Of a stretch of 64,000 nt of DNA, positions 10,264-20,572 are shown piece by piece. Source of the stretch: a bacterium (GTDB lineage: Bacteria; Electryoneota; Electryoneia; Electryoneales; Electryoneaceae); the NCBI GenBank assembly GCA_963669175.1, contig OY769902.1:3968001-4032000 (forward strand). Direction: 5' to 3'. The notes under the pieces were generated by a model, which worked only from the letters and a program-made list of their open reading frames with translations, ran no database searches and had not been told where the DNA came from. The position numbers and the translations under genes were made by a program. Position 1 is the first letter of the stretch. The number at the start of each line of letters is the position of its first letter.

Positions 10264-10824
10264 CTACGCCTCACTGAAGTCTTCCAGTGACAGCCAGATC
10301 AGTTTTGTATCGCCCAGTTTTTTCTCTCGATCCACAACCCAACCTTCCGGCGCTTTCAGTTCAGATCTCGATGCGGCCTCAAAGACAAACTGACCTTCGC
10401 TGGCTATCACGCCATGCTTTCTGATTCGTTCCAGGAGCGTCTCCATCACATCATCTTTGTAAGGTGGATCTGCCAGAATGATGTCAAATGCTTGTTGCGA
10501 AGGAGTGAATCTTTCCAGCCATTTGATTGCATCAGATTTTACCAGTTGCGCTCTTTGCGCAAAGCCACATCGCTCAATATTCTGCTGGATAACGTGTGCA
10601 GCTTTGCCCTGTTTTTCGACGAATACGGCCGTATCAGCTCCACGTGCCAGCGCCTCGAGGCCAAGCATACCTGCCCCTGCGAAAAGATCCAGCACACGTG
10701 CCCCGGGTAATACCGGCATCAGGATCTGGAACAGGATTTCCCTTGTCCTTGCTGAAGTGGGACGCACAAAACTGGGAGGTGCAACCAGGATACGACCTTT
10801 CCCATCACCACCGGTTAACCTCAC
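10264..10824 (-). CDS. rsmD: 16S rRNA m2G966 methyltransferase
   Basis: VRPTSARTRE, VLDLFAGAGMLGLEALARGA, DPPY. Confidence 0.95.
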   Translation of the reverse strand: MRLTGGDGKGRILVAPPSFVRPTSARTREILFQILMPVLPGARVLDLFAGAGMLGLEALARGADTAVFVEKQGKAAHVIQQNIERCGFAQRAQLVKSDAIKWLERFTPSQQAFDIILADPPYKDDVMETLLERIRKHGVIASEGQFVFEAASRSELKAPEGWVVDREKKLGDTKLIWLSLEDFSEA

Positions 10825-12086
10825 GGCAGCCCCGCGAGGAAATACTGATCCTCTTCAGCGCCCCGGTGAATGGACAGCCTGTACGGCCGTAACGCAGCAG
10901 CATCAAACAGGTTCAACAGTTCATCACGTTGTGCCTTGGTCAACACGGCGTGAGTTGATGGATCAGGTGAAAGGCCAAGGAGTTTCAAATTGTCAAGCAT
11001 CTGTATTTCACTCAGGGTGCTATCCCCTGTTGCATGCAGCTTCACATAGAACACCAGATCTTGTGTTCCCGGCACGGACGCGCCGATACGCAGGCTGTCA
11101 AATCCTTCCAGCGAAGCGATATGTTGCGCCCAGGTCATCATCGGTTCTTCTTTGGCGTTGATCAGCAGACGCATTTCATCGCCCTGCAAGACCAATCCAT
11201 CGACAGCCACACCAAGCGTATCTGCCGAGTGATACATATCCAGTAACGAGGAAGCCATGGTCAATACAGGCGCCTGTTCCCCGTTCTTCATCTCGTAGAT
11301 TCGTTGGATCAAACCTGAAATCATCGCTTTCGGGCCATCCAGGTGCGTAAAGACATACGCCCCGGCGCCGCCCAAGATGATAACAAGTGCGGCTACCACA
11401 ATGGCAACAATCTTCAGGACAGAACCACCGGACTTTCGGGGAACCTGTTTTCTTTCTTCCCGTTCGTCAGCGCTCTCAAAGGCGGATGTATCCAGCTCAT
11501 CCTTTTCATCCTCGAGGCCAACTGCACCGGAACCTGTAGGCGTTTTTCCATGATGCCGTTGCCAGATCTTGTATAGAGTGAGCAAGTCGGCGCTCATCTC
11601 CACATCTGCAGGCACCAGCCCTGTGTACAGGGTGATGGAATGGACATTCATCCGGAGACTACGCACCATCTCTTCCCAGAAGGCAATAATCTCCGGACGA
11701 ACAACAAAGGCGTAAACGCGCTGGCCTATAGGCTGCCAGGCGTAAATGTAGTCTTCGAGATCGCTGTCAAGCCGTTGGCTTAGTTCCCATTCAACCATCT
11801 CCTCAAGCACATCCGGCGGAAGATCCTCCAACTCCAGCAACCATCCGCTTCCCCATGGCGGGGCAAGCATGATGCTTATAGGTTTCTTTGGATCCAACCA
11901 GTTGTCTTTAATGCGCTTGAGGGTTTCCTTGAGTAATGCTTTAAGTTCAGGATGCCCGGCTGATACCGGATTAGAGACGCCGGAGCGGGACTTTGCCTTT
12001 TCTACATACCCCAGCCCTTCATCCCATTCTTCCAGAATCAGGTTCTTGTCGTCCCAACGTAGACGATACGGAGGAACATCCGCCAT
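10821..12086 (-). CDS. Bitopic membrane protein, possibly PilM/PilN (GspL)-like
   Basis: 421-aa ORF with a central TM helix. The N-terminal region (VEWELSQRLDSDLEDYIYAW...VYAFVVRPEII) is reminiscent of the PilM/GspL cytoplasmic domain. Family call is tentative. Confidence 0.55.
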   Translation of the reverse strand: MADVPPYRLRWDDKNLILEEWDEGLGYVEKAKSRSGVSNPVSAGHPELKALLKETLKRIKDNWLDPKKPISIMLAPPWGSGWLLELEDLPPDVLEEMVEWELSQRLDSDLEDYIYAWQPIGQRVYAFVVRPEIIAFWEEMVRSLRMNVHSITLYTGLVPADVEMSADLLTLYKIWQRHHGKTPTGSGAVGLEDEKDELDTSAFESADEREERKQVPRKSGGSVLKIVAIVVAALVIILGGAGAYVFTHLDGPKAMISGLIQRIYEMKNGEQAPVLTMASSLLDMYHSADTLGVAVDGLVLQGDEMRLLINAKEEPMMTWAQHIASLEGFDSLRIGASVPGTQDLVFYVKLHATGDSTLSEIQMLDNLKLLGLSPDPSTHAVLTKAQRDELLNLFDAAALRPYRLSIHRGAEEDQYFLAGLP

Positions 12087-12122
12087 GAAACCATCCCTGT
12101 TGGTTGCTGTCCTGAACCCCGA

Positions 12123-13370
12123 TTACTCTTTTTCACTCCAGGAAAGATCGTCGTTTTCAACATATCCCGGGAACTTCACCGGTCCGACATTGAACAACTT
12201 ATCAAGGAAACCAGCAGACGGAAGCTGGAATTCCTTTTCAAACGGCGGCTTAATGGTAACGCCGACGGTATCGACTGAACTCAGGAAGTACTGTTCTGAA
12301 AGCTCTATCTTGCCAAGGATTTCCTGGGTCTCGGGCAAGTTTGTCCAGACACGGATCAAGCTGTCATAGCTCGTGCTGAAGAGGTAATCCTTGATAATGG
12401 CTGCGTCTTCATAATTACCAACGGAATCCGAAGGTAAAGTTTTTTCGGATTCTGCTTCAATTGTGAGATCCTTGCCCGGCCCCATGGTTGAAAGCTGGTT
12501 GTAGAAGAACTCGCCCTGCAACTCAAGCTGGCGTTCATACAGGGTTGTATCCTGCTTCATCTGCTGATCCAACTCGCCACGAGCCATACGCGCCAGCTTG
12601 TTCACGAACAGGTTAATCATCAGCTCGTTTGTGCCAATCGGGTTTTCCGGTTCACCACGTTTTACGACTGCGTAGTTGATCTCGCCGACCATCTTCATGC
12701 GGGCGTTCAAATTCAACAGGTATTCCTGGCCACTGATCGGGTCGGTTGCAATATCCTCAACCGGCAGGGTCAACAAATACTCTTTGGAAGGCACAACCAG
12801 TGAATCATAAGGAAGCTCCGTGATGTTGACTTTCTTCCTTGACCATACCTGCCAGTAAATATCCTCATCACCTTTACCGCGCCACTGTGCTTTCACCGAG
12901 TCGGTCGCTGCCATAGCGATCTGGGCCGGCGGCATGACGTCAGAGAAAAGCTTCTTGGGAGTCAGGCTTAAAATGATCGAATCTGCGTTGATCCGGTTCA
13001 TCTCGATTTTTTCAATGTGGAAACGATCCACGTAACCGATCAGGAAAGAGTCATACTTGGAATCGTAAAAGGTCAGGGATTCGATTTCGAATGACGGACG
13101 TTTAATCAGAATGGAATCGTTCTTGATAAAAGTCAGCAGCGTATCAAGATCATCAACATAAGCCTTGTTAATATCATGATATCGTTGAACGATGAAATTG
13201 ATATTCCTCATCCGTTCACGCGACAGTTCCGTCACCTCATCCTGCTTGGTCCAGAGTTTCTGGGGATACAGAATCGCTGCAATAACGAACACAATCAGCA
13301 CAACCACGAGTAAACGCAGAATCCAGCTACCCTTGGGAACCATCATCGAAATGGGCTTGTTAGAAGCCAT
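12123..13370 (-). CDS. Hypothetical protein with N-terminal membrane anchor (pseudopilin-like helix)
   Basis: 415-aa ORF in operon context, with an N-terminal TM segment followed by a long amphipathic helix. Confidence 0.7.
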   Translation of the reverse strand: MASNKPISMMVPKGSWILRLLVVVLIVFVIAAILYPQKLWTKQDEVTELSRERMRNINFIVQRYHDINKAYVDDLDTLLTFIKNDSILIKRPSFEIESLTFYDSKYDSFLIGYVDRFHIEKIEMNRINADSIILSLTPKKLFSDVMPPAQIAMAATDSVKAQWRGKGDEDIYWQVWSRKKVNITELPYDSLVVPSKEYLLTLPVEDIATDPISGQEYLLNLNARMKMVGEINYAVVKRGEPENPIGTNELMINLFVNKLARMARGELDQQMKQDTTLYERQLELQGEFFYNQLSTMGPGKDLTIEAESEKTLPSDSVGNYEDAAIIKDYLFSTSYDSLIRVWTNLPETQEILGKIELSEQYFLSSVDTVGVTIKPPFEKEFQLPSAGFLDKLFNVGPVKFPGYVENDDLSWSEKE

Positions 13371-13387
13371 TATACTCCTCCGATCCT

Positions 13388-13963
13388 CTAAACCCGAACC
13401 AGGGGTTTAATCTTCTCGAACCGTTTAGCGCCAACGCCGCGAACGAGGAGAAGATCTTCCACTTTTTTGAACGCTCCATGTTCCCGCCGAAAATCAACAA
13501 TACGTCCGGCAAGCACAGGGCCGACGCCGGGTAATTGTTGAAAATCTGCGACATCAGCAGCGTTTATGTCAAGTAATCCATGGGATGAAAGGCCTTTTTC
13601 GGTGCCCTGTGCCATCCCGGAGGTCTCCTGCTGTTCTCCAACAGAGACAGAATCGCCGTTAAGATAAGTAAAAGTATGCTGCTTTTGCGCCCTCGAAGAG
13701 AAGTTCGAGGACTCTTTTTTAGCTGTTCTTTGTGAATTTCCTAAACTCGAGCCTGATTGTTGCGGCAGCATTAGTGAATCAGCCTCCTGCATTCGAGAAA
13801 GATCAACGTCACTTTCATCGGCTACAAGTCCACGCTGAATCACCAGAACCAGGCTACCAATCACCAGCAAAAAAGCCAGAGTGATTAGAGCACGCATTTC
13901 CGCACGTGAAAAGGGAATGCCTGTAAACGGTTTATATTTCTTGTTGTCAGGAAACCGGGGCAT
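13388..13963 (-). CDS. comEA: ComEA family helix-hairpin-helix DNA-binding protein
   Basis: LDINAA...LPGVGPVLAGRIVDFR...GAFKKVEDLLLVRGVG, plus an N-terminal TM segment. Confidence 0.9.
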   Translation of the reverse strand: MPRFPDNKKYKPFTGIPFSRAEMRALITLAFLLVIGSLVLVIQRGLVADESDVDLSRMQEADSLMLPQQSGSSLGNSQRTAKKESSNFSSRAQKQHTFTYLNGDSVSVGEQQETSGMAQGTEKGLSSHGLLDINAADVADFQQLPGVGPVLAGRIVDFRREHGAFKKVEDLLLVRGVGAKRFEKIKPLVRV

Positions 13964-13992
13964 ATCAACTCCGTATCCTAACCGCGTCTATA

Positions 13993-15135
13993 TCATCCGA
14001 AAAAGGCGTCTTTCACTTTCTTGAAAAAACCTTTTTCTTTTTGTTTCGGGGGTTGCATGTTTTCTGACTGAACCATGTCTTCAAACATATCGCGCTCGTT
14101 CTGAGATAATTTTTTTGGCACGTAAATGTCTATACGCACCAACTGATCACCTTTTGCATTGCTGTTCAGCTTGCCAAGCCCTTTTCCACGCAGGCGCATC
14201 ACCTTGCCCGGTTGAATCCCTGTCGGGATATCCAGCTTGACTTTTCCATTCAAGGTCGGGATCTCTATTTCTCCACCCAACACAGCCATGGGAATGCTGA
14301 TGGTCTGCTGGTAGAGGATGTCATCGCCATTACGTTCAAAATGCTGATGTTCTTTCTCTTCGATCACCACGATCAGGTTTCCGGCAATCCCTCCACGTGG
14401 TGCGGCATGTCCTTCACCACGAATGGTCAGGTAGTTGCCTTCCTTCACCCCGGCCGGAATTTCTACGGTAACCGTGGAATCCGAACGAACCCTGCCTTCT
14501 CCGCCACAGGCTTCACATTTTTCACGAATGATCTGGCCTTCACCGTGACAGGTTGGACAGGTTGTAACAGTTACCATCTGCCCCAGCAGGGAGCGTGTCA
14601 TCTGACGCACTTCCCCAGCGCCGTTACAGGTTGTGCAGGTTTTCTTCCCACTACCCGGTTTCGCGCCAGTGCCATCACAGGTTTCGCAGGGATTGTACCG
14701 TGAAACGCGGAGTTTCTTGGTAACTCCTTCAGCAATTTCCTCAAGGGACAGGGACAGGTTTATCTGAAGGTCGCGCCCACGTGGTGTACCGCGACGACCT
14801 CCACCTCCTCCACCACCGCCGAAAATATCGCCGAACCCGAACCCGCCCATGAAAGACCGGAAGATCTCGAACGGATCGATATCCATGCTGTAGCCACCGC
14901 CGCCACCCGCTCCGCCCAGCCCGGCCTTGCCGAACTGATCATAGCGTGCACGCTTCTGTGGGTCGGACAGCACTGAATACGCTTCGCCCAGCTCCTTGAA
15001 CTTCTCTTCTGCATCCGGTTCCGAATTCCTGTCCGGATGGTACTGCATCGCCAGTTTACGGTACGCTTTTTTAATCGTTTCTTCGTCAGCGTTCCGGTCA
15101 ATGCCTAACAGATCGTAATAATCCTGGTCAGCCAC
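13993..15135 (-). CDS. dnaJ: Molecular chaperone DnaJ
   Basis: J domain with HPD, G/F-rich region, four CxxCxGxG repeats. Confidence 0.98.
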   Translation of the reverse strand: MADQDYYDLLGIDRNADEETIKKAYRKLAMQYHPDRNSEPDAEEKFKELGEAYSVLSDPQKRARYDQFGKAGLGGAGGGGGYSMDIDPFEIFRSFMGGFGFGDIFGGGGGGGGRRGTPRGRDLQINLSLSLEEIAEGVTKKLRVSRYNPCETCDGTGAKPGSGKKTCTTCNGAGEVRQMTRSLLGQMVTVTTCPTCHGEGQIIREKCEACGGEGRVRSDSTVTVEIPAGVKEGNYLTIRGEGHAAPRGGIAGNLIVVIEEKEHQHFERNGDDILYQQTISIPMAVLGGEIEIPTLNGKVKLDIPTGIQPGKVMRLRGKGLGKLNSNAKGDQLVRIDIYVPKKLSQNERDMFEDMVQSENMQPPKQKEKGFFKKVKDAFFG

Positions 15136-15152
15136 AATTCAATCCTGTTTTC

Positions 15153-15767
15153 CTACGCTTCAGCCGCTACGATCACTCGTGCCGGGCGAAGCAGTGCGCC
15201 TTTGATTGTATACCCCTTCTGATGAATCATCAGAACAGTACCGGGTTCAGCGTCCGGGGACGGCTGTTCCATCAAAGCTTCGTGCAATTCCGGGTTGAAA
15301 GGTTCCCCTGTTGGGTCCATGATTTCAACCCCACGTCTTTTCAACGCATCCAGTAACTTCTGCCGAATCATCACCGCACCTTTCAGGAACGGTTCCAGTT
15401 CAGTTGAATCGTTGTTATTGGCCAGCAGCAGATCCAGATCATCAATTGCCGGCAGCAGATCTTCAATCAGATCTCTACTGGCAGTTGAAGTGATACGCTC
15501 CAACTCCGCGCTGCGACGCTTTTTGTAGTTTTCAAACTCGGCCGCCGCACGGAGCATCTTGTCACGCAAAGCATCTTTTTCCTGCTGAAGCGCTTCAATC
15601 TTATCAGTCAGGGAAGAAAGCTCCACCTTATCTTCGACGTTTGTATCGTTAGAAGTTTCATCCGTCTCCTGTCCTGCCTCTTCCACAACATCAGCAGCAG
15701 TGGATTGCTCTTTTTCCTCGACGGTTGCGTCTTCTTGCGTAATCTTGATTTTCTTCTTCTTGCTCAC
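15153..15767 (-). CDS. grpE: Nucleotide exchange factor GrpE
   Basis: AEFENYKKR, FNPELHEA, KGY...LLRPARV. Confidence 0.97.
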   Translation of the reverse strand: MSKKKKIKITQEDATVEEKEQSTAADVVEEAGQETDETSNDTNVEDKVELSSLTDKIEALQQEKDALRDKMLRAAAEFENYKKRRSAELERITSTASRDLIEDLLPAIDDLDLLLANNNDSTELEPFLKGAVMIRQKLLDALKRRGVEIMDPTGEPFNPELHEALMEQPSPDAEPGTVLMIHQKGYTIKGALLRPARVIVAAEA

Positions 15768-15793
15768 TTCCAGACTTCCTTATGTGGTACACC

Positions 15794-16846
15794 CTAATCA
15801 ACCAGTTTCCTGTGAATTGCTTCAGCGGCAAAGGTCACCAGCGCAGAGACACGCGCATAGTCCATCCGTGTTGGACCAATCACACCAAGGCTGCCTTCCG
15901 CATCTCCAACGCGGTACATGGTGGAAACCAGGCTGCATCCATACAGCCCATCCCTTTCCAGCTCACGTCCGATGGCGATGCGAACACGCCTTCCGGTGGA
16001 ATGCTCGCCTTTCTCCAGCAATTCCGCGACTTCATGCCGCCTGTCAAGTACTTCAAAGACATCACGCATCCGCTTCATATCCGTAAACTCCGGAAGATCA
16101 AGCAGATGACGTGTTTCCCCAAAATGAACTGCCTGCACATCACGACTGTTCAATAACGCATGGGCTACAACGGAAAACCTATCCACGAGACCACGAATTG
16201 CCTCGGGGGCTCCATGCAGTCGCTCTTCCATACTCTCGCTGATTTGCGAAAGTTTCAAACCGCTAAGTCGTGCATTAACAAAGCGGGCAAACTCCTCAAT
16301 CGCAAGATCTCCGGTCTGTTCCGGGATCTCGAGCAACATACTCTGTACCTGGCTGTCACGCATGGTCAGGATAACCATGATTTTCGCTGATGCCAGCCGG
16401 GTGACATCGATTTTGTGCAGCTTGGATTTATTCAAACGTGGCGCCAGGATTACGGATATCATGGCGCTAAGCCGTGACATCGCAACCGAAGTATTGTCCA
16501 GCGCTTTGCCTAATCCGCTGATCCGCGCATCTTCAATCGCGTTGTTGATAGCTTTCCGCTCAGCCGGTGTTAAAACAGCTTTGCCCATCATATTGTCAAC
16601 GTAATAGCCGTACCCGAAATCTGTCGGCACACCGCCTGACGACGGATGCGGTCGCTGGAGCAACCCCATGTTTTCAAGATCAGCCATTACGTTTCGCACC
16701 GTAGCCGGGGAAAGCTTCAATTCCAGCATCTGGGCCAGTTGTTTGGAGCTAACAGCCTGCGCGGACAGCACATAGCCCTCCAGCAGCAGGCTGAATACCT
16801 GCCGTTGACGTTCTGTCAACTCGGGATATGATGAAGTCCTGACCAT
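15794..16846 (-). CDS. hrcA: Heat-inducible transcription repressor HrcA
   Basis: SPATVRNVMADLE, PHPSSGGVPT, GVIGPTRMDY. Confidence 0.96.
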   Translation of the reverse strand: MVRTSSYPELTERQRQVFSLLLEGYVLSAQAVSSKQLAQMLELKLSPATVRNVMADLENMGLLQRPHPSSGGVPTDFGYGYYVDNMMGKAVLTPAERKAINNAIEDARISGLGKALDNTSVAMSRLSAMISVILAPRLNKSKLHKIDVTRLASAKIMVILTMRDSQVQSMLLEIPEQTGDLAIEEFARFVNARLSGLKLSQISESMEERLHGAPEAIRGLVDRFSVVAHALLNSRDVQAVHFGETRHLLDLPEFTDMKRMRDVFEVLDRRHEVAELLEKGEHSTGRRVRIAIGRELERDGLYGCSLVSTMYRVGDAEGSLGVIGPTRMDYARVSALVTFAAEAIHRKLVD

Positions 16847-16900
16847 GCTGAAATCCTGAAACAGTCTAACCTTTGAAGGTAGTTGCAGTGCTCTGGCGTG

Positions 16901-17767
16901 TCAAGCAACCCGTTTCAATTCCACACCACGTGGGGCAGCGATTAATGCAGCGAAAAATCCAATCATTCCCATAGCCAGCAAAGCCAGCAGGGCTCTGAAA
17001 TAATCCGGAGCGGGGACGATGCCGCCACTCCCCTGGAATACCTGTTGAAGGATCAGGATGAGGCCGATGCCCAAGCCTCCTCCGAGCACTCCGCTAATCG
17101 TTCCAGCCACGAGAAACGGCGCCTGCACCTGCCATGCTGATCCACCGATGATAGTCACAGCGCGCACCCACCGTTCGACCGCCCGGGCAGAGACACGAAC
17201 CGCCTGCAAAGTCAGCAGGAGCGATACTGCCGCAATAATCCCGGCAATAAAGAATAACTTGTTCCGCACTGCCTGAATGACACTCTCGAGACGTGCAAGG
17301 AGATCTCCCTCAAATACGACCTCCTCAATTCCATCCAGTTTCCCAATCTCCAAGGCTTCCTGGTCGAGTGTGCCACGGCTTATCTTCGTTGGATTATACC
17401 GGATGCGTAGGGATGCCGGAAGTGGGTTTTCACCCAGCAGATCGAAAAGCTCTTCACCGTATTCTTCTGCAAACAACTCTGCTGCTCTTTCTTTGCCTAC
17501 GACCTTCACCTCTTCAACGCCACCTCGCCTGCGTAACACTTCCGCCAGTGAATCCGCCTGTTGTTCCGCCCCGGGCTGGAGATAGGCTTCCAGTTCAAAC
17601 AGGGCCAGCAAGCGTTCCTGTGCCTGGTCCAGGGTCTCTTCCGCCGCCAGCAGCAAAATAGTCGTCGTGCCGAGAATGAAGAAGGCAAACACAGTGAGCA
17701 TTCCCATAATCCCGGACCGGGCAAACGCGCCGATTCCTTCACGGACATAAAACCAGAATCGTCTCAT
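16901..17767 (-). CDS. ftsX: Cell division permease-like protein FtsX
   Basis: Four TM segments, ENPLPAS motif, coupled to ftsE. Confidence 0.9.
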   Translation of the reverse strand: MRRFWFYVREGIGAFARSGIMGMLTVFAFFILGTTTILLLAAEETLDQAQERLLALFELEAYLQPGAEQQADSLAEVLRRRGGVEEVKVVGKERAAELFAEEYGEELFDLLGENPLPASLRIRYNPTKISRGTLDQEALEIGKLDGIEEVVFEGDLLARLESVIQAVRNKLFFIAGIIAAVSLLLTLQAVRVSARAVERWVRAVTIIGGSAWQVQAPFLVAGTISGVLGGGLGIGLILILQQVFQGSGGIVPAPDYFRALLALLAMGMIGFFAALIAAPRGVELKRVA

Positions 17768-18414
17768 TCCACCTGCCTCCCCTGTTTGATCTTTACGATT
17801 CGAACAGGCAGGTCTTCCAGGAGTTCCGGACGGTGGGTTGCGATGAGAAGCGTTGATCCCTGCTCGTGAATGGAGGAAAGCAGTTCTACAATACCCCGGG
17901 CGGTTCCCAGGTCAAGATGACCGAATGGTTCATCGGCAATAAGAGCGAAAGGTTGTGCGACAAGCGCACGTGCAATGGCAAGCCGACGACGTTCACCGTA
18001 ACTCAGCGTAGTCGTTTGCGCATCGATATGAGCGTAGAGTCCAACACGGTTCAAGACATGGAGTGAAGCCTGCTTGGTTTTTCTGGAAGGCCATCCCAGC
18101 ACTTCACCGACCAGCGCCACATTGTGGAAAACCGAACGATCCGGCAACAACGCCAGATCCTGATCAACCACACCCAGCATTCTTCGAACCTGCGGCAGCT
18201 TGCGTTTGGGCAAGCCATGCAGACGATATTTGCTGACCATGATCTCGCCCTGGTCCGGCTTCTCCAGCCCGTAGATACAACGCAGCAGAGTAGACTTCCC
18301 GGCGCCGGCATGGCCAACGATAGCGACCCATTCCCCCTTTTCCACCTGCAGGTGAATGTTCTCGATACCGCGTCCCTTGTTGAATCGTTTGCTGACGCCG
18401 ATCAGTTTAATCAT
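17764..18414 (-). CDS. ftsE: Cell division ATP-binding protein FtsE
   Basis: GHAGAGKST, LSYGERRR, ADEP; directly upstream of ftsX. Confidence 0.88.
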   Translation of the reverse strand: MIKLIGVSKRFNKGRGIENIHLQVEKGEWVAIVGHAGAGKSTLLRCIYGLEKPDQGEIMVSKYRLHGLPKRKLPQVRRMLGVVDQDLALLPDRSVFHNVALVGEVLGWPSRKTKQASLHVLNRVGLYAHIDAQTTTLSYGERRRLAIARALVAQPFALIADEPFGHLDLGTARGIVELLSSIHEQGSTLLIATHRPELLEDLPVRIVKIKQGRQVE

Positions 18415-19229
18415 ACTGGCCGCACCACAAAGTGTACCCGGTCGCTCTGTTCCGAACCCTGCTTGAATGTATAGCCATCGTATTGAGAAAGCAGCTTGAA
18501 ATCACATTGTTCCACCATCTCAACAATCTGATCCAGGGACCAGATGCGCTGCTGATGATGCTCCAGGTACATTGTATCCTCTTCCATTACAAAAATCTCG
18601 AACTGGTTGTTCTGGATGCGTTCGTGCGGATCATACCAGGCCTGACGGTGAATCACGGTTCCGCGAATTCTCTCTGTCTGGTTCAGCGAGCTGAAATGCG
18701 AAAGGCTATTGGTTTCCGTACTACAGTCAAAGATAAACAGACCTTCATCACGCAACGCCGGACGAACGGCACGGAAGAACTCCATAACATCTTCCGGATT
18801 TAAAAGATAGTTCATGGAATCGTATAGGCACAGGATCAGGTCCTGTTCCATTACCGGGGGAACCTGCCGAAGATCGCCCACATGAAACTGTACCTGGAAT
18901 CCTTTGGGCACAGGTTTCTTTTTAGCAGCTTCGATCATCCGGGGATCGCCATCCACACCAACGACATTCAATCCCAAATCCGCCAGCTCCATGGCCAGAT
19001 TCCCGGTTCCACAGGCCAGGTCTGTAACATTGCTGATCTGCATCCGGTTCAGACGATGCAGGTTGATGACATACTTTGCCCATGTGCTATAGTCAACATG
19101 TTCCATGACAAGATCATAATAACGTGCGAGGATCTCGTAAGGCTCAACCTCAACCGTGCGGGACACGGTCGGCTTGGAAATGGTACGCATGAAGTTCATC
19201 TTTATCCGGTTTAGCAGCGAACGTTCCAT
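18411..19229 (-). CDS. Class I SAM-dependent methyltransferase
   Basis: DLACGTG motif I, DSMNY. Confidence 0.9.
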   Translation of the reverse strand: MERSLLNRIKMNFMRTISKPTVSRTVEVEPYEILARYYDLVMEHVDYSTWAKYVINLHRLNRMQISNVTDLACGTGNLAMELADLGLNVVGVDGDPRMIEAAKKKPVPKGFQVQFHVGDLRQVPPVMEQDLILCLYDSMNYLLNPEDVMEFFRAVRPALRDEGLFIFDCSTETNSLSHFSSLNQTERIRGTVIHRQAWYDPHERIQNNQFEIFVMEEDTMYLEHHQQRIWSLDQIVEMVEQCDFKLLSQYDGYTFKQGSEQSDRVHFVVRPV

Positions 19230-19280
19230 GAAACACCCTCTGCCAGGGTTGTTGTAAGGCTATCTTCAGGCTGCGATTGT

Positions 19281-20075
19281 CTACTCTTGGTTAAACGTAA
19301 ATCCAAACAACCGTTGCGCATTTTCGGTGGTGATACGCGCAACATCATTCAGGGTCATATCACGTATCGCAGCATGTGCGGCTGCAATATACGTAACATA
19401 AGACGGCTCGTTATCCCGTCCACGGCGCGGCACCGGCGCCAGAAAAGGGCTATCCGTCTCGAGCAACAGTCTATCATCAGGCACCAACAGGGACACTTCA
19501 GGTCGATCTGATTTTTTGTAGGTGATGTTGCCTGTAAAGGAAATGTAGAATCCGCGCTCGATCACTTCTCTCGCCATAACCTTGTCCCCGGCAAAACAGT
19601 GAAAAACACCGCCGGGGCCATCAACACCATTGAAGTTTTCATCATCCAGCACACGGAGCAGGTCACTGGATGCTTTCCTGTCGTGCAATACTACCGGCTT
19701 CCCTTTTGCCTTCGCCAGCTTCAGTTGTTTACGAAACCACTCTTCCTGCAATTCCGGGGCGCTATGCTCACGGTAATAATCTAACCCGATCTCCCCCAGG
19801 GCAGCACATTTATCCCCGTCAAGGAGCGTAGAAATTGTGTCCAGATCTTTGGTCGCCGCTTTTGACACATCGTTCGGATGAATTCCGGCGCCATACCAGA
19901 CCGATTCAAACTGTCGCGCGTGTTCGGCTGCACGTAATGAGCTGGAAACATCTGTCCCCAGGTCAAGTATGGCGGCCACACCCGAACGATTTGCACGTGC
20001 GACCACTTCCTGAACCTGACCATTATAGGTCGGCCAGGTCAGGTGTACATGAGTATCGACTATCCGTTCCATCAT
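19281..20075 (-). CDS. tatD: TatD family hydrolase
   Basis: DTHVHL, GIHP, GEIGLDY, HCF, ETDSPFLAP. Start moved to ~20075. Confidence 0.95.
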   Translation of the reverse strand: MMERIVDTHVHLTWPTYNGQVQEVVARANRSGVAAILDLGTDVSSSLRAAEHARQFESVWYGAGIHPNDVSKAATKDLDTISTLLDGDKCAALGEIGLDYYREHSAPELQEEWFRKQLKLAKAKGKPVVLHDRKASSDLLRVLDDENFNGVDGPGGVFHCFAGDKVMAREVIERGFYISFTGNITYKKSDRPEVSLLVPDDRLLLETDSPFLAPVPRRGRDNEPSYVTYIAAAHAAIRDMTLNDVARITTENAQRLFGFTFNQE

Positions 20076-20355
20076 TCCTCTTCCAACTATGCGGGTCTCC
20101 CCCGCAGACAGAAGTCCAAGATAACCTTCACAGCTGGTAAACGCTACCTGGAGCAAGCAGTTCCGCCAGTTCAGATTACAGGGAGGCGAGGAGCCACACC
20201 ACGGAAATACTGAAACTATTTCACTGGTTAAGTTGTCTAATATAAAGTAAGAGGTAAATTCGATTATTTCCTTGGATTACCCGGATAATGACAACAGTAA
20301 ATCCAGATCTGACACCAATACCAATGGAATCCTTGAAAGAAGGTTGGGAGGCAAC

Positions 20356-20562
20356 ATGATCAATGTGGAGCGTTTTCTTACAGAGCGAGGCATTTCAGTA
20401 ACGCGGGTACGTGACAACCGTAAACGGGATGTCGTGCAGTTAAACCTTGCCAATACGAGCCTTACAGAGCTCCGTCGGATGGGATTCCGCGTGTGCCGTT
20501 CGCCCGGAAATTCGCAGTTCCTGTTGTATTACAAGGGCAACTTCTGTGGGGTAGTCGTCTGA
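20356..20562 (+). CDS. Small basic hypothetical protein (68 aa)
   Basis: GGAGG RBS before the ATG at 20356 (MINVERFLTERG...); fills the gap between tatD and the ABC transporter. Confidence 0.55.
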   Translation: MINVERFLTERGISVTRVRDNRKRDVVQLNLANTSLTELRRMGFRVCRSPGNSQFLLYYKGNFCGVVV

Positions 20563-20572
20563 TACGGGGTGA

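Noticed and set aside
13993-16846. dnaK missing from hrcA-grpE-dnaJ
   Set aside because: Separation of dnaK from grpE-dnaJ is common in FCB-group genomes.
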